A stretch of DNA of 63,908 nucleotides, filler included, from Blastocystis sp. subtype 4 (Eukaryota), in the NCBI RefSeq assembly GCF_000743755.1. It is 4 parts of 4 records of this genome, joined end to end, with 100 filler letters (N's around TTAATTAATTAA, not from the genome) between each part and the next. Parts side by side here need not be neighbours in the genome. Positions count along the whole stretch, not along the records: positions 14,036 to 27,958 come from NW_014569273.1; positions 28,059 to 51,536 come from NW_014569272.1; 2 more parts are not named here. One strand, given 5' to 3'. Below are positions 21,873 through 34,758 of this stretch, in pieces (within the stretch, counting starts at the first letter, position 1; each line of letters opens with the position of its first letter). A program made the translations under genes and the position numbers. The notes beneath the pieces are model-generated. The model had not been told where the DNA came from, did not search any database, and saw nothing but the letters and a program-made list of their open reading frames with translations.

Positions 21873-24800
21873 ATGGATGGAGTGAGTGAATGCTTTCAAT
21901 TGTTATGTGACAAATATCTTGACTATGACTATTCCATTAGTCTAGTAGAAAACCTTCGAAAATCTATCTTATTGAGTATGCTTATTGCCTTCCAGTAACA
22001 AGTAGATGAATCTATTGCATCAGCATTATCTTCTTCTCTCCAGTCTGCAATTCATGTGTGTGTAGAACAGCAAAAGACAATCCAGTTGGTTTCTCTCTTC
22101 TTACAGTGGTTAGATGATTTGCAACAACGCTGTAGATATGAGTTTTGTTCTTGATTCTAGATCCATCACCAGAGATCGATCGTAGTGCATTAAATGTGGT
22201 CTTGTTCTGTCTGCATTCGTATACCACAGAATTGCTTCTCTTTACTCCTTGTATAAGCATTCTCCAACGACTTGTTGAGACTACTTATGTCGAGAAGTTT
22301 TCATGGCGTGCCGAACTGCTTAACACAGCAGAAATCTTTGCAACACTTTGTCTTTTCCTTCGGAGTAATCTCAACCGTTCCTTTATCGTGACATCGTCTC
22401 TCTCACTGCTTCGGGACTGGATCTTATGGGGTTATAGTAGTTCCTCTGTCTCATCCCTAGAGCTTCCAGTCTTGTCATCATTATCATTGCAATCTGAAGA
22501 AGAGTCTTTCAGAGCATTTCTGCAGTGTGAGGATCTGAACGCTTCCTCTTTAAGTCAGTTCACAACACTTCTCCAGAGTCTGCTTCAACACCGTAGGATA
22601 TTGAGGGATTAGTGAGGAATAGGACGTTGTGCTGAAGATTTTGTCCAGGGTCCCTTGTTCTCAATGCTTCTGCAACTGTTTTCTGTTCGTGATAGTGCTA
22701 TCATTCTCGTTCTCATTCGTTTTGTAGAGAGCAGTCTCTCTAATGTGACGATTCGTCATGCCCTCTTACTCTCTGATCTCATTTCAATTCTTGAATCAGT
22801 TACAAATCTATATCCACGTCATACTGACATTGCAACCGAAGTTCAACAAATTCTAATTTCCATTATCGATGAAGAAGTCGTTGCACTCTATTTGATACGA
22901 AGTAATGTTACCACGATTTTTACTACGATTTTTCTCGCTCAGAGTACGGATCCTCAGGTTCTGATTAGCTCTATTCGTACATTGACTCATCTTTGCTCAT
23001 GCTCATGTTCCTTCATTCTCTTTTTCTGATCCTTAGCTCTCATTGTTGATGATCTCACTCATGAACAGATTCTCTTTGATGCAGTGGAAACAACACAGAA
23101 TCATCCTCTCAACGAATCTCTCTGGTCGGCTGTCTTGGATCTCCTTTACACAGTGTGTCAAACACCACGAGGAGCTGAGTTTGTTAAAACTCGTCGTATT
23201 GCTACTGCCCTTCATTCCTGTCTCTCACTGCTCAACAATGTTCCTTCTCTCACTACTCGAGTCACCACACTACTCAAAGGTATAGTGACTCCTTTGAGTC
23301 AAGAAGAACTGTCAATTCTTGTTCCTTTTGTTCCTGTCCGTAGTGTGCCTCTGATGAGTGTCCACAGACGTGGTAGTATTGATGAGAATAACCAATGTAC
23401 TTACAAACTCGAGATTACTCCTTCCTCTCAACTCTGGTTAAGTGAATCTGCTTCGAAAGGAGTTGATTTTCTGTCTTGTCTCCTTCGAGGCCTTGTAGAA
23501 ACAGAAGATTCTAAATGGAATTCCAGTATTATGAAGATATTTGCATTGCTCTTTGATGATGGTAAGAATTCAGATCTGTTGTTACATAGAAACTGTTCCA
23601 TACTTGTTCTCTCGTATTACTCTCGATCTAGTGGTTCCGTCTGTATCCTTCTCGATTATCCGACATATTCAAGATGGTTCTATCGTGACCAAAGGTCTGT
23701 GTGTATTAGAAGTGTTTTCAAAGTGTATGAATGGAATTTCTTGTTCAATCTAGATCCGCTTTGCTTCCATTCCTTCTTCTACGATGAGACGATCACTGCT
23801 CTCGTTGAAACTGTTACTAATTACTGTTCCAATATGGATATAGTCTTGCGTGCTCTGAAAATCCTCGTGTTACTGTCTCAGAAGCGTAGGACAATGATCC
23901 ATTGTTCATTTTAAGAGGACCTACGTGGACGTCTGAAGCGAGCTGGTGTGATGCGAATGATTGATTGTGTCTATACTGTCTACAGTCCTCAGCATACAGT
24001 AGAATTGTCTCTCTCGGATCTGGAACGCAGCTCCTCTGCTGTCGCTCCCAGTGTTCCTGAATCACCCGATATGATTCTTCTCATGTTAGCTCGGGATGTA
24101 GAGACGAATCTAGGAATGCGAAGTGAGGATATGATACGAATCTCATATGTAGATCCAGTGGAAGAGAATGAGGATGATAACGGTGAGCGTCTTATGATGG
24201 AGACTCTGACACACAAGCTGATTCACTCAGAACGAAATGTCCAGTTGCAGTTGCTGGATGGATTTCTAGAACTGGCTCTCTCGGACTGTATTTACAGGTG
24301 GCCTCCTTGATGTTTAGATCACCGTCTCCTGCGTAGTTTTCTTCATTCCCGCGGTGTTTATAGTGTGATCAAGGTATCCGTCCGAAATCTCGGCGATAAG
24401 GAGGTCGTAGCACGATCAATGACAGTTTTGAGCACTCTTGCTGAGAATCGTTCCAACCATCGTTATCTCGACCTCACTGCTGTGACTGCCATTTGTGTGC
24501 GTGTGCTTCAGGAATATCCAACGACACTGGCATGTCTGAAACCCGCTCTCAATGTTCTGGATACTATTTCATCAAAAGAAGCCGTATTGCGACTAAGTGA
24601 TCACTGTTCAGTCCTTCACAATGTTCTTCATATCAATCTAGGATCGGGAGTACTATGCGAACAAGTGGTTCACATCTGCAAGTCTGTCGCCCAGGAATCA
24701 CATGTGTTCCGTGTACAGTGTATCAAAAGTGGAATGCTTCAAGATTTACTGGAAGCATTGACTCATCATAGTAATCACATTCAACTGCTATTCAGTGCTT

Positions 24801-27780
24801 GTGATGTTTTCATCTCTCTCTCGAAAGAACCGCTTCTAGAGAACAGTGCTTTACGTCTAACTATCATCGATTATACACTACATTTTGCTTCTGCCTCTGT
24901 ATTTGCTTCAGATCCAACAATTATTGCTTTTTCCCTTCAGGCACTTGAATCTGTCTGTTGTATGTCGCTCGGTTGTATGCAGTTCTTTGTGAAGAAACAA
25001 GGATTCATGCATTTGGCTACACTTCTTGAAGAGTTCAACACTTGTTCTGAAGTGTATACTGCTTGCTGTGATCTCATTGGAGCTGTTTGTGCTGGATATT
25101 CGGCCTCACGAGATGTGCTGGCTGCAGGTATTATCCCTCGAATTGTCTCTTTGCTTACAATCAACACAGAAGTCTCTCTGCAAAAGCTCACTCCCTGTTT
25201 TACGGCTCTTCGGACCATCTCATATCTGTCCGTGGATTGTGTCAAAGGTCTGATATCAGCAAAGCTTGTTCCTATTCTATTGCATGTTATTACGAGTGAG
25301 ACAGAGGAGATTCCTGTACTTGAAAGTATGCGTCTTCTCTATCAAATTTCAATGGTGGATGAGGGATGTGAACAACTCCTTCAAGAGAGTATCACAGAGA
25401 AGGTCGGACAAATGCTCACAACTCCAAAGCCTGAAGATGATCTAGCCATTAAGAGAGATCTATTACTCCAGAACCTGTCTGCCTATTCTAAGAAGCGATC
25501 TCGAAGTACTATACGTAATAGTCACAATACGCCAGCAAGTCCATTGGATCTGTCTTCAGTGTTAGAATCTCCATTGATGGGTATCATGGATGTGCTGATA
25601 CTACTGGATCGTCACAGTGAGAACGAAGTATTGATTAACTTGAAACGACTGGATACATTGTGTGCTGCTGGTAGGTATAAGAATGAATGTCTTAATGATA
25701 GAATTGAATGTGGACCATTTGGTTCAATATGGAGCAGAGTCAAGTATGTTTGATATTCTCAGACGCTATGCTGAGAACACAGAGATTCTTATTACTGTGT
25801 TCCATGTTTTACAGTATCTTGTACGGGATAAACCTGATCGAGTTCGTCTAACAGATTCTTCTCTCTCTCAAATCATCGTTTGTCTGCGTTTACCTTCTGT
25901 CATACAGAATCTCCAAGCTATGTTGGCAATTACTCATTTCCTCTGTGCTCTGTCGATTCCTGAACAGGATCTTCACCGAATAGCCTCCAGTGCTCTTCTT
26001 CAGTCGTTGCTTCATGCAGCTGGTGCTTTGTGCTATCCAGACAAATGTGCATCAGATGTGGAGGAAGAGAAAGAGTCCATGTTACTGGCCTATCGTCAGC
26101 ATAGTGTGGTTACAAGCAGTTATCATCTTTCACGCAATGCCTCCTCTCACCAGCGAGCTCAATCTCTGGGGGAACTTGACCTTGATTCTTCATCTGATAC
26201 GAACTCGGATCAACCTGAAGTTATTGAAATGAATGAAGAGACAGGACAAGACAGTGAAGAGATTGCGGATCTATTCGACAGTGTAGTCCTGTTCCAATTC
26301 AATCTGGCTCTACGTAAGTATTGTTCTATCTCTAAACACGCAGGTATTGAATTACCAAATCACCCCGGACTACGACGGTTCTTCCTGCGTTGTTCCAATC
26401 TGATTTGTGATTCTCTTCTTCGTATTCTTCGATGTGATATTACATGCAGAAGGATTATGCGTTTGTTCTAGGCTCATTTCTTACTCCTAGACCGTCCTCT
26501 TATTCTGTTTAAGCCAGATAATACTGTAGAATCGCCGAAAGATGAAGGGGACTATTTGGTAATAGGACAATCGATTGTCGAATATGCTGTGAACATCCTA
26601 AGCCAGATGGGAGATGATGAAAGTGATGTGACGAATATGTGTGAAATTATGACATTATTGGGACAAGTCCCTGACTTCCGACAGGAATTTGTGAGTAAAG
26701 GAGGCTTACAGACTCTATTTGAGACATATCAGTGTCACAAAGAAGATATTCCATTTGTTGTATTTGGTACTCCACTACTCCGATTGCTTCCAGGTAAGGA
26801 AATGAATGACTTCTGATAAATAGCAAATCATGATAAGCTCGGTGTGCAAGATGGGAAGATGGTCTTTCAGATTTGTGTGGAGGCACTGGAACGAGAAGCT
26901 TCGGATACTTCTGCCGTGCAGACCATTCTGGAGGTATTGGATCGTCTACTCCAGGCAGGCCTTCTTTGCCAAGAGGAATCTCTTATTCATTCTCTCTTGC
27001 ATGGTATTGAGTGTATGAGCAGTACGGAAGCCACGATCGAACTAGCAATCTCAGTTCTTGAAGGAGTTATTCGTTCACTCAGTGCCCCTGGAGAACTCCG
27101 AAGTAGAGTTGTCCAACAGATGTTTGATGAAGTGTACAAAGGAGCACAATATGAACAAGTGGTGAATCGAGCTATGAATCTATGGGATGACTTCAAACAG
27201 GATCGTATAGATTGAGGAGAAGAATGATTCTTAGCTGCTCTGTTATTGGAATTCGATAAAACTGCAGCCGATGCATATCAGAGCGCATTCTTGTCATGTC
27301 TCAACACTCAAGTCGGGTTAGAGAATGCAACAACTCTTCTGTGTAGATATATACACTGTGAAGGTATAGAGAATGAAGAGAGAATGATCCATAGAGAATG
27401 CCCAACGACTTATTGATAATGGTCTGATGGTCCTTCTCTCTTCCAATATCCAAGGTTATGTCAGTGATGACAATAAGATATACTTCCTCCTTGTGTTGTA
27501 TCGTTTGTCTCTTTATCGTAAGTGTGGAAGTGGAGTGTAAGAAATAGAGTGTTCGTGTACTGTCTTTTTGCGAGATAAGGAGCTATGTGATCGTGTTAAG
27601 ACAATGATTCTTCAATTGCCTCAACCGACAGAGGAATTGAAAATGTTGAGTACTTCGCTTGTGGATTGTATTTTGAATGGATATCAGCAATCAAAGGAGG
27701 TTGCGGTACAGATTGTTAATCCATTGGATTATGACTTTGGAGAACCTCCAGAAGAGGTTCTCACTCATTTTTCTATGTAG
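21873..27780 (+). CDS. Very large Armadillo-repeat-like protein, multi-exon
   Basis: Leu-rich helical repeats with ARM-type spacing (GMLQDLLEAL, GIIPRIVSLL, GGLQTLFE); continuous exon chain; TAG at 27778-27780 with TGTTTGTT downstream; start approximate. Confidence 0.6.
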
Positions 27781-27958
27781 TGCTGTGTTGTTATGTTTGT
27801 TGATCCAACATATCCACAATTGGGCCATACTTGCCCAATGATCCGAATTGTTGGTTTGCCACAATTGTGGTAAGTGTTGATTGTTTGATTGTGTATACCA
27901 TGCTAACAGTTGCTTAGTGGTAATTCAAGACACTCAACGTGCAATGAAGACTCAGATG

Positions 27959-28058
27959 NNNNNNNNNNNNNNNNNNNNNNNNNNNNNNNNNNNNNNNNNN
28001 NNTTAATTAATTAANNNNNNNNNNNNNNNNNNNNNNNNNNNNNNNNNNNNNNNNNNNN
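27959..28058. other. Artificial contig linker
   Basis: Same N-TTAATTAATTAA-N spacer. Confidence 0.98.
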
Positions 28059-28219
28059 CTGTTGAAGGACACGAGCAGCCTTCGAAACAGCATCACCTGA
28101 TTCACCAACACAAATGTTGATCACCAACTTCTCAACTCGGATGTTACGCATCACATTCGACTTCTCACTCTACAACAATGTTATTCAATTGTTCATTTTC
28201 ATCTTATAACTATTACCAT
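28059..28219 (-). CDS. RPL11: 60S ribosomal protein L11 (uL5), 5' part truncated by linker
   Basis: [38 protein letters not shown]. Confidence 0.9.
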
Positions 28220-28449
28220 TATGTTGAATAGTAATAGACGCCTGTCTAAAACGAATTAGATGAATTGGAAAGGAATGGATGAATACACTACCGAATTTCA
28301 TATTCATTCTTTCTTCACAAATCTCCTGTATTCTTCTTCTTTCTTGGGATATCGTGAATCATTCCTTATCTCAAAATAAACAAATTAGATTAGACTAAAT
28401 ATTAATATAATAGATTTTTATTTCATAGTTATATCAATTGAAGATGTAA

Positions 28450-29914
28450 TCAAAGTTGATTCTTCTCTTCAACAGTGAGAGTTGATTCTTTCTTCTCATC
28501 AACATTAATAGTTGATTCTTTCTTCTCATCAATAGTAATTGGCAATTCTTTCTTTTCATCAACTCTCATCAATAGTAATTGGCAATTCTTTCTTTTCATC
28601 AACACTAATTGGCAATTCTTTCTTCTCTTCAATACTAATAGTTGATTCTTTCTTCTCATCAACACTAATTGGCAATTCTTTCTTTTCATCAACACTAATT
28701 GGCAATTCTCTCTTTATTCTTTCTTCATAATGTTTCTGGGAATAATATACACAACTCAATAATGCTGCTCCAACAACACAAAACAATAAAGTCAATTGAT
28801 ATGCCCAATGTTTACCCCAATGTTCATTCAACCAACCCAAAATTGTATTCATTGGAAGAAGCATTACACCCTGAAGTACAATCACTACTGAAGTCACAGT
28901 AGCAGCATTCTCTTTATAATAACCCATTATCACACAAATGAAGACAGGCCAAGTAGCTGAATAGAAGAATCCAGTCAAAGCAAATAGAATCACTCCTTTA
29001 CGACCTATACAGAATCCAATTGCTAGAAGAATGAAACAAGCTCCAAGACAAATATACAAATAACAATAATAACCCATTTTGTCAATCATTGGACCTGAAA
29101 TCAGACGAGAAATTGTGAAGATAGCATATAGAGCTGTTGTGAAGTTTGCTACATCTGTTTCAACATCAAAACCAAGAACATCAACCAAATACAATGGAGC
29201 CCAACTTGCTCCACTTGATTCAATAGTTTGCATCATACCCATTGTGATTGAACACAACCATACTGAAGGAAGACGAAGTGCTTGGAATACTGTCAAAGTA
29301 GGTTTCACTTCCTTTCCAGATTCTACACGCGGAAGACGGAATGGTAGGAATACAGAGAATATAAATAGAATCAATACTACGATTCCTAAACTCAAGTAGA
29401 TTGAATAGTAACCTTTCTTCAACTCAGTCAAAGACCATCTGGCAATATTAGGTCCAGCAACAGCACCAATACCAAAGAAGAAATGCATTAAACTCATCAT
29501 TGTTCCTTGATGTTCCACAAAAACAATCGTTGATGAAGCATTTGATCCAATTTCGAAGAATCCAAATCCCATCCATACAATAAACATACACACACCAAAT
29601 GAAACAAACGAAATCGTAAGGAGAGTTGTGAAACATCCAACTATTATCAATATGTAACCAATCATCAGAATCCATTTATAATTAATCTTCTCAGCTACTA
29701 AAGATGCAAGAAAACAAAACAAGATATAAGCGAAAGATAAACAAGAATTGAAGAAACCATATGTATCATAAGGAACATTATATACTTGTTTCACAACTGT
29801 AAAACCAACACTTCGACCATTCTCTACTAAACCCATAGCAACGAGGGCTGTATAGATCATTATCACTAATGACCAATACTGCCATCGACTATCATATTTT
29901 GGAGTTCTTTCCAT
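28450..29914 (-). CDS. MFS transporter paralogue 1 (FucP/TsgA-like), intronless, with C-terminal 10-aa repeat tail
   Basis: About 12 TM segments, MMSLMHFFFGIGAVAGP, SRLISGPMIDKMG; ORF stops at 28559 but repeats continue in another frame to 28450. Confidence 0.85.
28455..28712 (-). repeat. 30-bp coding minisatellite, about 8 units (ELPISVDEKK / ESTISIEEKK)
   Basis: Recurring AATTGGCAATTCTTTCTT[TC]TCATCAA and AGTTGATTCTTTCTTCTCATCAA units on the + strand. Confidence 0.9.
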
Positions 29915-30050
29915 CAACTATTCAACTTAATCCTCTCTAGAGTAATCATAGATCCTTTATCAATCAATTACTATACATACATTCTTAACTGTGTTCCTTA
30001 TTATTTCTATGTACTCATTTAATCATTTATCAACTTAAACAAACAAATCA

Positions 30051-31295
30051 TCAATGTTCAACTAAACTCTCTGTTTCTTTCTTTTCAATTCTCTTATAAG
30101 CAAGTAACATTAGAGTTATAGCAATTAAGGATAACACAGAAAATACAAGAAGAAGATGATAGGCCCATTGTTGACCAAACTTACGATTAATTGTTCCCAA
30201 AATAGTACTAATTGGAAGAGTTAACAAACCTTGCATCACTATAATATGTGATGATGCTAAAGGAGCATTGTTCTTGAATATCTTCATGAAAGCACAAACA
30301 TTTGTAGGCCAGAACCAAGCATAGAAGAAACTCATAAACACAAATGCATAAGGTCCATTCTTTCCTAATAAGAAACCTATTATTAGAAGAAGTGCACATA
30401 TCACATTTGAGATATACAGACTTGTGAAGTAACCAAGACAATCAATCAAAGGACCTGAAATCAATCGAGAGACCGTAAACAGAATTTGTAACCATGTACC
30501 AAACACAACCAATTCCTTTAATGGATCTAAATGAAGAACATCTTGAAGATAAAGTGGTGCCCAGGTATTGTTTCCTACTTCAACTGCTTCCATCATACCC
30601 ATTGAAAAAGCACAAATCCAAGCAACACCACTCTTAAGAGTACTACACCAAGAATAATCGGAAGAAGGAAAACGACCTTCAATATCTGATTTATCTTCTC
30701 CTTCTACAAACTTAATTGGGATAGGAACAAATATCAAAAGAAGAAAGAAGAACGATACAATTATAGCAATTGCAACATAACACGAGAAGAAGTCATGTTT
30801 CAAAACATGAACTCCAAATCGACATACAATTGGAGATAATGTAGCTCCAATACCAAAACAACATTGCATAAACATCATCCAAGTCGCAGTATTCTTCTTA
30901 AATGTTGCTGTTGAAGCCGAATTTGTACTAATCTCGAACAATCCAGTACTGGTCCAAATCACAAATATGCAAATAGCTGCTTGCCAGAAAGAGTTAGTAA
31001 CTTGAAGACAAACACAACCTACTATATCCACAATAAATGCTGACATAAACATAACTTTGAATCCACAATACTTCAAGATAAAAGAAGCACAGAAACAACC
31101 AAACAGATAACAACCTCCTAGAATACTACTGAATAGTCCCCAAACGTCATCTGAAACATTGAAATAGGTTTTCATCATTGGTAAAGCAACCAAACAAGAC
31201 ATCTCTGTCAAACCCATCATTAGCATTGTTAGATAGATGGTTGCTACTAACAAACCAAATTGAGTCTTACTATAACCATCAGTACTTGTTTCCAT
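30051..31295 (-). CDS. MFS transporter paralogue 2, intronless
   Basis: Same motifs as paralogue 1 (FGIGATLSP, WAPLYLQDVL, SRLISGPLID); ATG at 31295. Confidence 0.85.
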   Translation of the reverse strand: METSTDGYSKTQFGLLVATIYLTMLMMGLTEMSCLVALPMMKTYFNVSDDVWGLFSSILGGCYLFGCFCASFILKYCGFKVMFMSAFIVDIVGCVCLQVTNSFWQAAICIFVIWTSTGLFEISTNSASTATFKKNTATWMMFMQCCFGIGATLSPIVCRFGVHVLKHDFFSCYVAIAIIVSFFFLLLIFVPIPIKFVEGEDKSDIEGRFPSSDYSWCSTLKSGVAWICAFSMGMMEAVEVGNNTWAPLYLQDVLHLDPLKELVVFGTWLQILFTVSRLISGPLIDCLGYFTSLYISNVICALLLIIGFLLGKNGPYAFVFMSFFYAWFWPTNVCAFMKIFKNNAPLASSHIIVMQGLLTLPISTILGTINRKFGQQWAYHLLLVFSVLSLIAITLMLLAYKRIEKKETESLVEH

Positions 31296-31325
31296 TTCAA
31301 ATATGTTGTGTTTCAACAAACAATA

Positions 31326-32729
31326 CTATTTCACATTATCCATAGTATCTAGTCGAATAGGTCCATTCCAAAGAATCTTCAAATCATTTGAATTCTTTGC
31401 ACGTATCAATACTGGAATTAGACAACAAGGAACAAGATACAACAAGGCTGGCTATACAGTATTCATATATATCATTCAAACCTGAGCATGACCAAATACT
31501 GTTACAGCAACAAAACTCAGAACAAGACCCAGACTATTTCCAATAACTAGATCAGTTACATAGTTTCGATATGTAAAGAGATGTAGAATATTACTAAGAC
31601 CTAACTATTAACAATACATATTTATCAGTACTTGGATATGGAATGAGGTGAGGTGTTTTCAGTCTTTGGATTAAATGATTCTCTTCAGATTCAGATGCTT
31701 CACTATATTCAATTCATACCAATACTCTCACTTTCTTTCACATAACTCACTCTGCTCTTCAAGATCATACTTCTGTTTTGGACTACAATCAAGAATACTC
31801 TACATTTGTTACATATATGAAAGTGAATATTGAAATACGAATAGAAATACAAACAAAAGTCCTGGAAGAGTAAGGTCTCCAAGACCAATATAGTTGAGTG
31901 AATTCCCATCCCATGAACGAAGAATTAGAATTCCCTAAACAATACAACTCTTAGTTATCTTACAGGAAACTCCAAATTGTAAGTCGAACTAACATTATGA
32001 CCCACATAGTGAGCAACTAGATATCAAACACACACTTTCCACACCTTTCACAGCTGAAGCAGTGAAGTTTTGTTCTGTTACTGTAACCATTACATTCTTA
32101 TGGAAAATAGACTCTGAGAAGAACACCCAGAAGATATCATAAATGAAGAGAAGACAGAAGATTACTACAAGTACTTTCAAATTCTCTGCTCGAAGAATAG
32201 AAAGACCACAAATCACAATACTTAATCCAATAAGATTGTTATAAACGGGAGTACCTGTGAAAACCCATAACCCAACTATTATAGATCTTATCATCACTTC
32301 AATCATTCTAGAATTACGCAAATAGAATACAGACAACAGAACGACTTCGACTAAACGAATCGTCAAAACACCAAGTCATTATATTCTCTGAAAACATGTC
32401 TAATCTTAAATAGTCACAATCAATAATAACATAAACAAGCCCACACAGTACTTACAACACATAACAACAGAAATCCTTGTAATCGTGAATATAGATAGAA
32501 GAAACAGATTAAGATTGCTGATGCAAGAAATGGATAACTAAGGGCCATTCTATTCACTAACACTTCCTATTCTATCTAACCGCATTGATATCACTTCACT
32601 ATCATCTTCTGGAGTATTTCCTTTCAATATCTCGTTATACCTTGAAATGTCTTTACGAAGAGCGAATATTGAAGCTAGAACAGATGCTCCAGTATTTGCA
32701 ATGAACAATTGACATAGAATAGAAAACAT
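31326..32729 (-). CDS. Signal peptide peptidase-like GxGD intramembrane aspartic protease (A22B)
   Basis: YDIFWVF, IGLGDLTLPG and QPALLYLVP catalytic/PAL motifs across exons. Confidence 0.9.
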
Positions 32730-32829
32730 ATTCAATACTAGAGACTCAGTCTGCGAAGTCCTTTGTTTCTATCAAACTGAAATCATTCATTCACTCATCA
32801 GCAGACATAATCAAATTCAAACAAACACT

Positions 32830-34146
32830 TCAATTCTTTATTATAACAGGTGATGATGGAATCACAGGTCTCTCAGAGTCATTATTCTTTTCACTCTTCT
32901 TTTCATGCATTTCTATATCTTTCATATCAACTATTTCTTGTTTCTTCAACTCTATTCGTTCTTTCCGTTTGTGGGAACAATACACACATCTCAGTAGTAT
33001 CGCACCAATAACACAGAAGAATAGAGAAGAACGAAGAGCCCATGTAGGACCAAAATTCTCATTCATCCAGCCTTGAATCGATCCTAAAGGCAAGATGACA
33101 ATACCTTCGATCATGATAACCACAGAAGATAACAAAGCAGCATCCTCTTTGTAATAATCCATCAATACACAAATGAATACTGGCCAAGTTGCAGAATAGA
33201 AGAATCCAGCCAGTTCAAACATATAGATACCATATCGACCCATCAGAAATCCAACTCCCAGAATCACAAAACAAGCAGCTAAGCATATGTAGATGTAACA
33301 ATAGTATCCAACCTTATCAATCATTGGTCCCGAGATTAGACGAGATATTGTGAAGATTGCATATACAGCAGTTGTATAGTTAGGAACATCCACATCCACA
33401 TTATAATCAAGAACATCCACAAGATACAAAGAAGCCCAATTAGCACAACTATTTTCTACTGTTTGAATCATTCCCATTGTTATGGCACATAACCATACTG
33501 AAGGAATACACAGTGCTTTCCATACAGTCATCTGTGATGATGAACTTTTCGATTCTGACACAGGTAAATGAAAGGGAATGAATTCAAATATGATAAAGAG
33601 AATGATAAGACTTGTTCCCAAACACAAATAGATGGAATAGAAACTATTCTTCAAATACTTTAATGCAAGTCTAGAGATGTTTGGACCAATCATTGCACCA
33701 ATTCCATAACAGAAATGCATCAGACTCATCATTGTACCTCGATGTTCATGAAACACTTTTGTTGCAGTAGCATTTCCTACTATCGAAAACAATCCAACTG
33801 ACATCCAAGCTATGAACATACACACTCCAGTACCAAAGAAAGAATAGGCAAATTGAGTCATGAAACAAGGAACAATAGCAACTATATAACCAATTGAATA
33901 TATCCATTTATAATGAATTACTTCTAAACAGAATGAAGCAACAATCAGAGCCATAATATATGAAAAGTTCAAACAAGTCGTGAAAACACCATAAGACTCA
34001 TAGGAAGTATTGAAATGGGTCTTGATTACAGCAAATCCAACACTTTTGGAGTTCTCTAATATACCCATTGACAACATTGTTATGTAAATCGAGCTCACCA
34101 AACCCCAATAGTCTTTTCTAGGTACTGTCACTGTATTAATCGTCAT
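32830..34146 (-). CDS. MFS transporter paralogue 3, intronless
   Basis: Closely similar to paralogue 1 (GTMMSLMHF, AIFTISRLISGPMIDK, GFFYSATWPVFICV). Confidence 0.88.
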   Translation of the reverse strand: MTINTVTVPRKDYWGLVSSIYITMLSMGILENSKSVGFAVIKTHFNTSYESYGVFTTCLNFSYIMALIVASFCLEVIHYKWIYSIGYIVAIVPCFMTQFAYSFFGTGVCMFIAWMSVGLFSIVGNATATKVFHEHRGTMMSLMHFCYGIGAMIGPNISRLALKYLKNSFYSIYLCLGTSLIILFIIFEFIPFHLPVSESKSSSSQMTVWKALCIPSVWLCAITMGMIQTVENSCANWASLYLVDVLDYNVDVDVPNYTTAVYAIFTISRLISGPMIDKVGYYCYIYICLAACFVILGVGFLMGRYGIYMFELAGFFYSATWPVFICVLMDYYKEDAALLSSVVIMIEGIVILPLGSIQGWMNENFGPTWALRSSLFFCVIGAILLRCVYCSHKRKERIELKKQEIVDMKDIEMHEKKSEKNNDSERPVIPSSPVIIKN

Positions 34147-34758
34147 GAAATAAGAAATGAAATACTTATGTCATTTGCATCTCAAAGCATTTGCTTTATC
34201 GATCAAAACGGGAAATCATCATACTTAGCGGAACACAATTGTTAAGTCAAAACCAAACAATCTTCATCGGATTTGAAGTATGCAATTGATCAATTTCAAG
34301 TAGCTTTAGATTAATCATTCTGTAATCAATCTTATGGAGATCATATAACTCTTGTTTATCTCAGTTCATACAAGTCTCATATCAAGTTCATTGATTGTAT
34401 GTAAGAATCAATTTCAATACAATTGAACACTTTCAATTGAACACCTTCTCACTTCCACTAATCAACAATACTCAATTTCTATTCCTATAGATTAATCGAA
34501 TCGATTAGAAGGATTTCAAATGATATCCTTCTTTCTGGACCTCTGAGTTGAGTTGAATTCCATTTCTTGTAGAATCTTCAATTCTAGTTTCTTGCATCAT
34601 TTTGATTCCATTATCACATTCTGATAAGAAGACAAAGTCATATATAGTTAACTTCTTTATTCCATCCATCTAGATTACCACAGATGAATCCCATTTTCAA
34701 ATCATAGATCAATGAACTTGAACAGTCTTTCTTTTCCAACTACACTTGTTCTCACATC

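Noticed and set aside
28455..28712. CRISPR-like regular repeats
   Set aside because: No unique spacers; contiguous coding minisatellite in a eukaryotic gene
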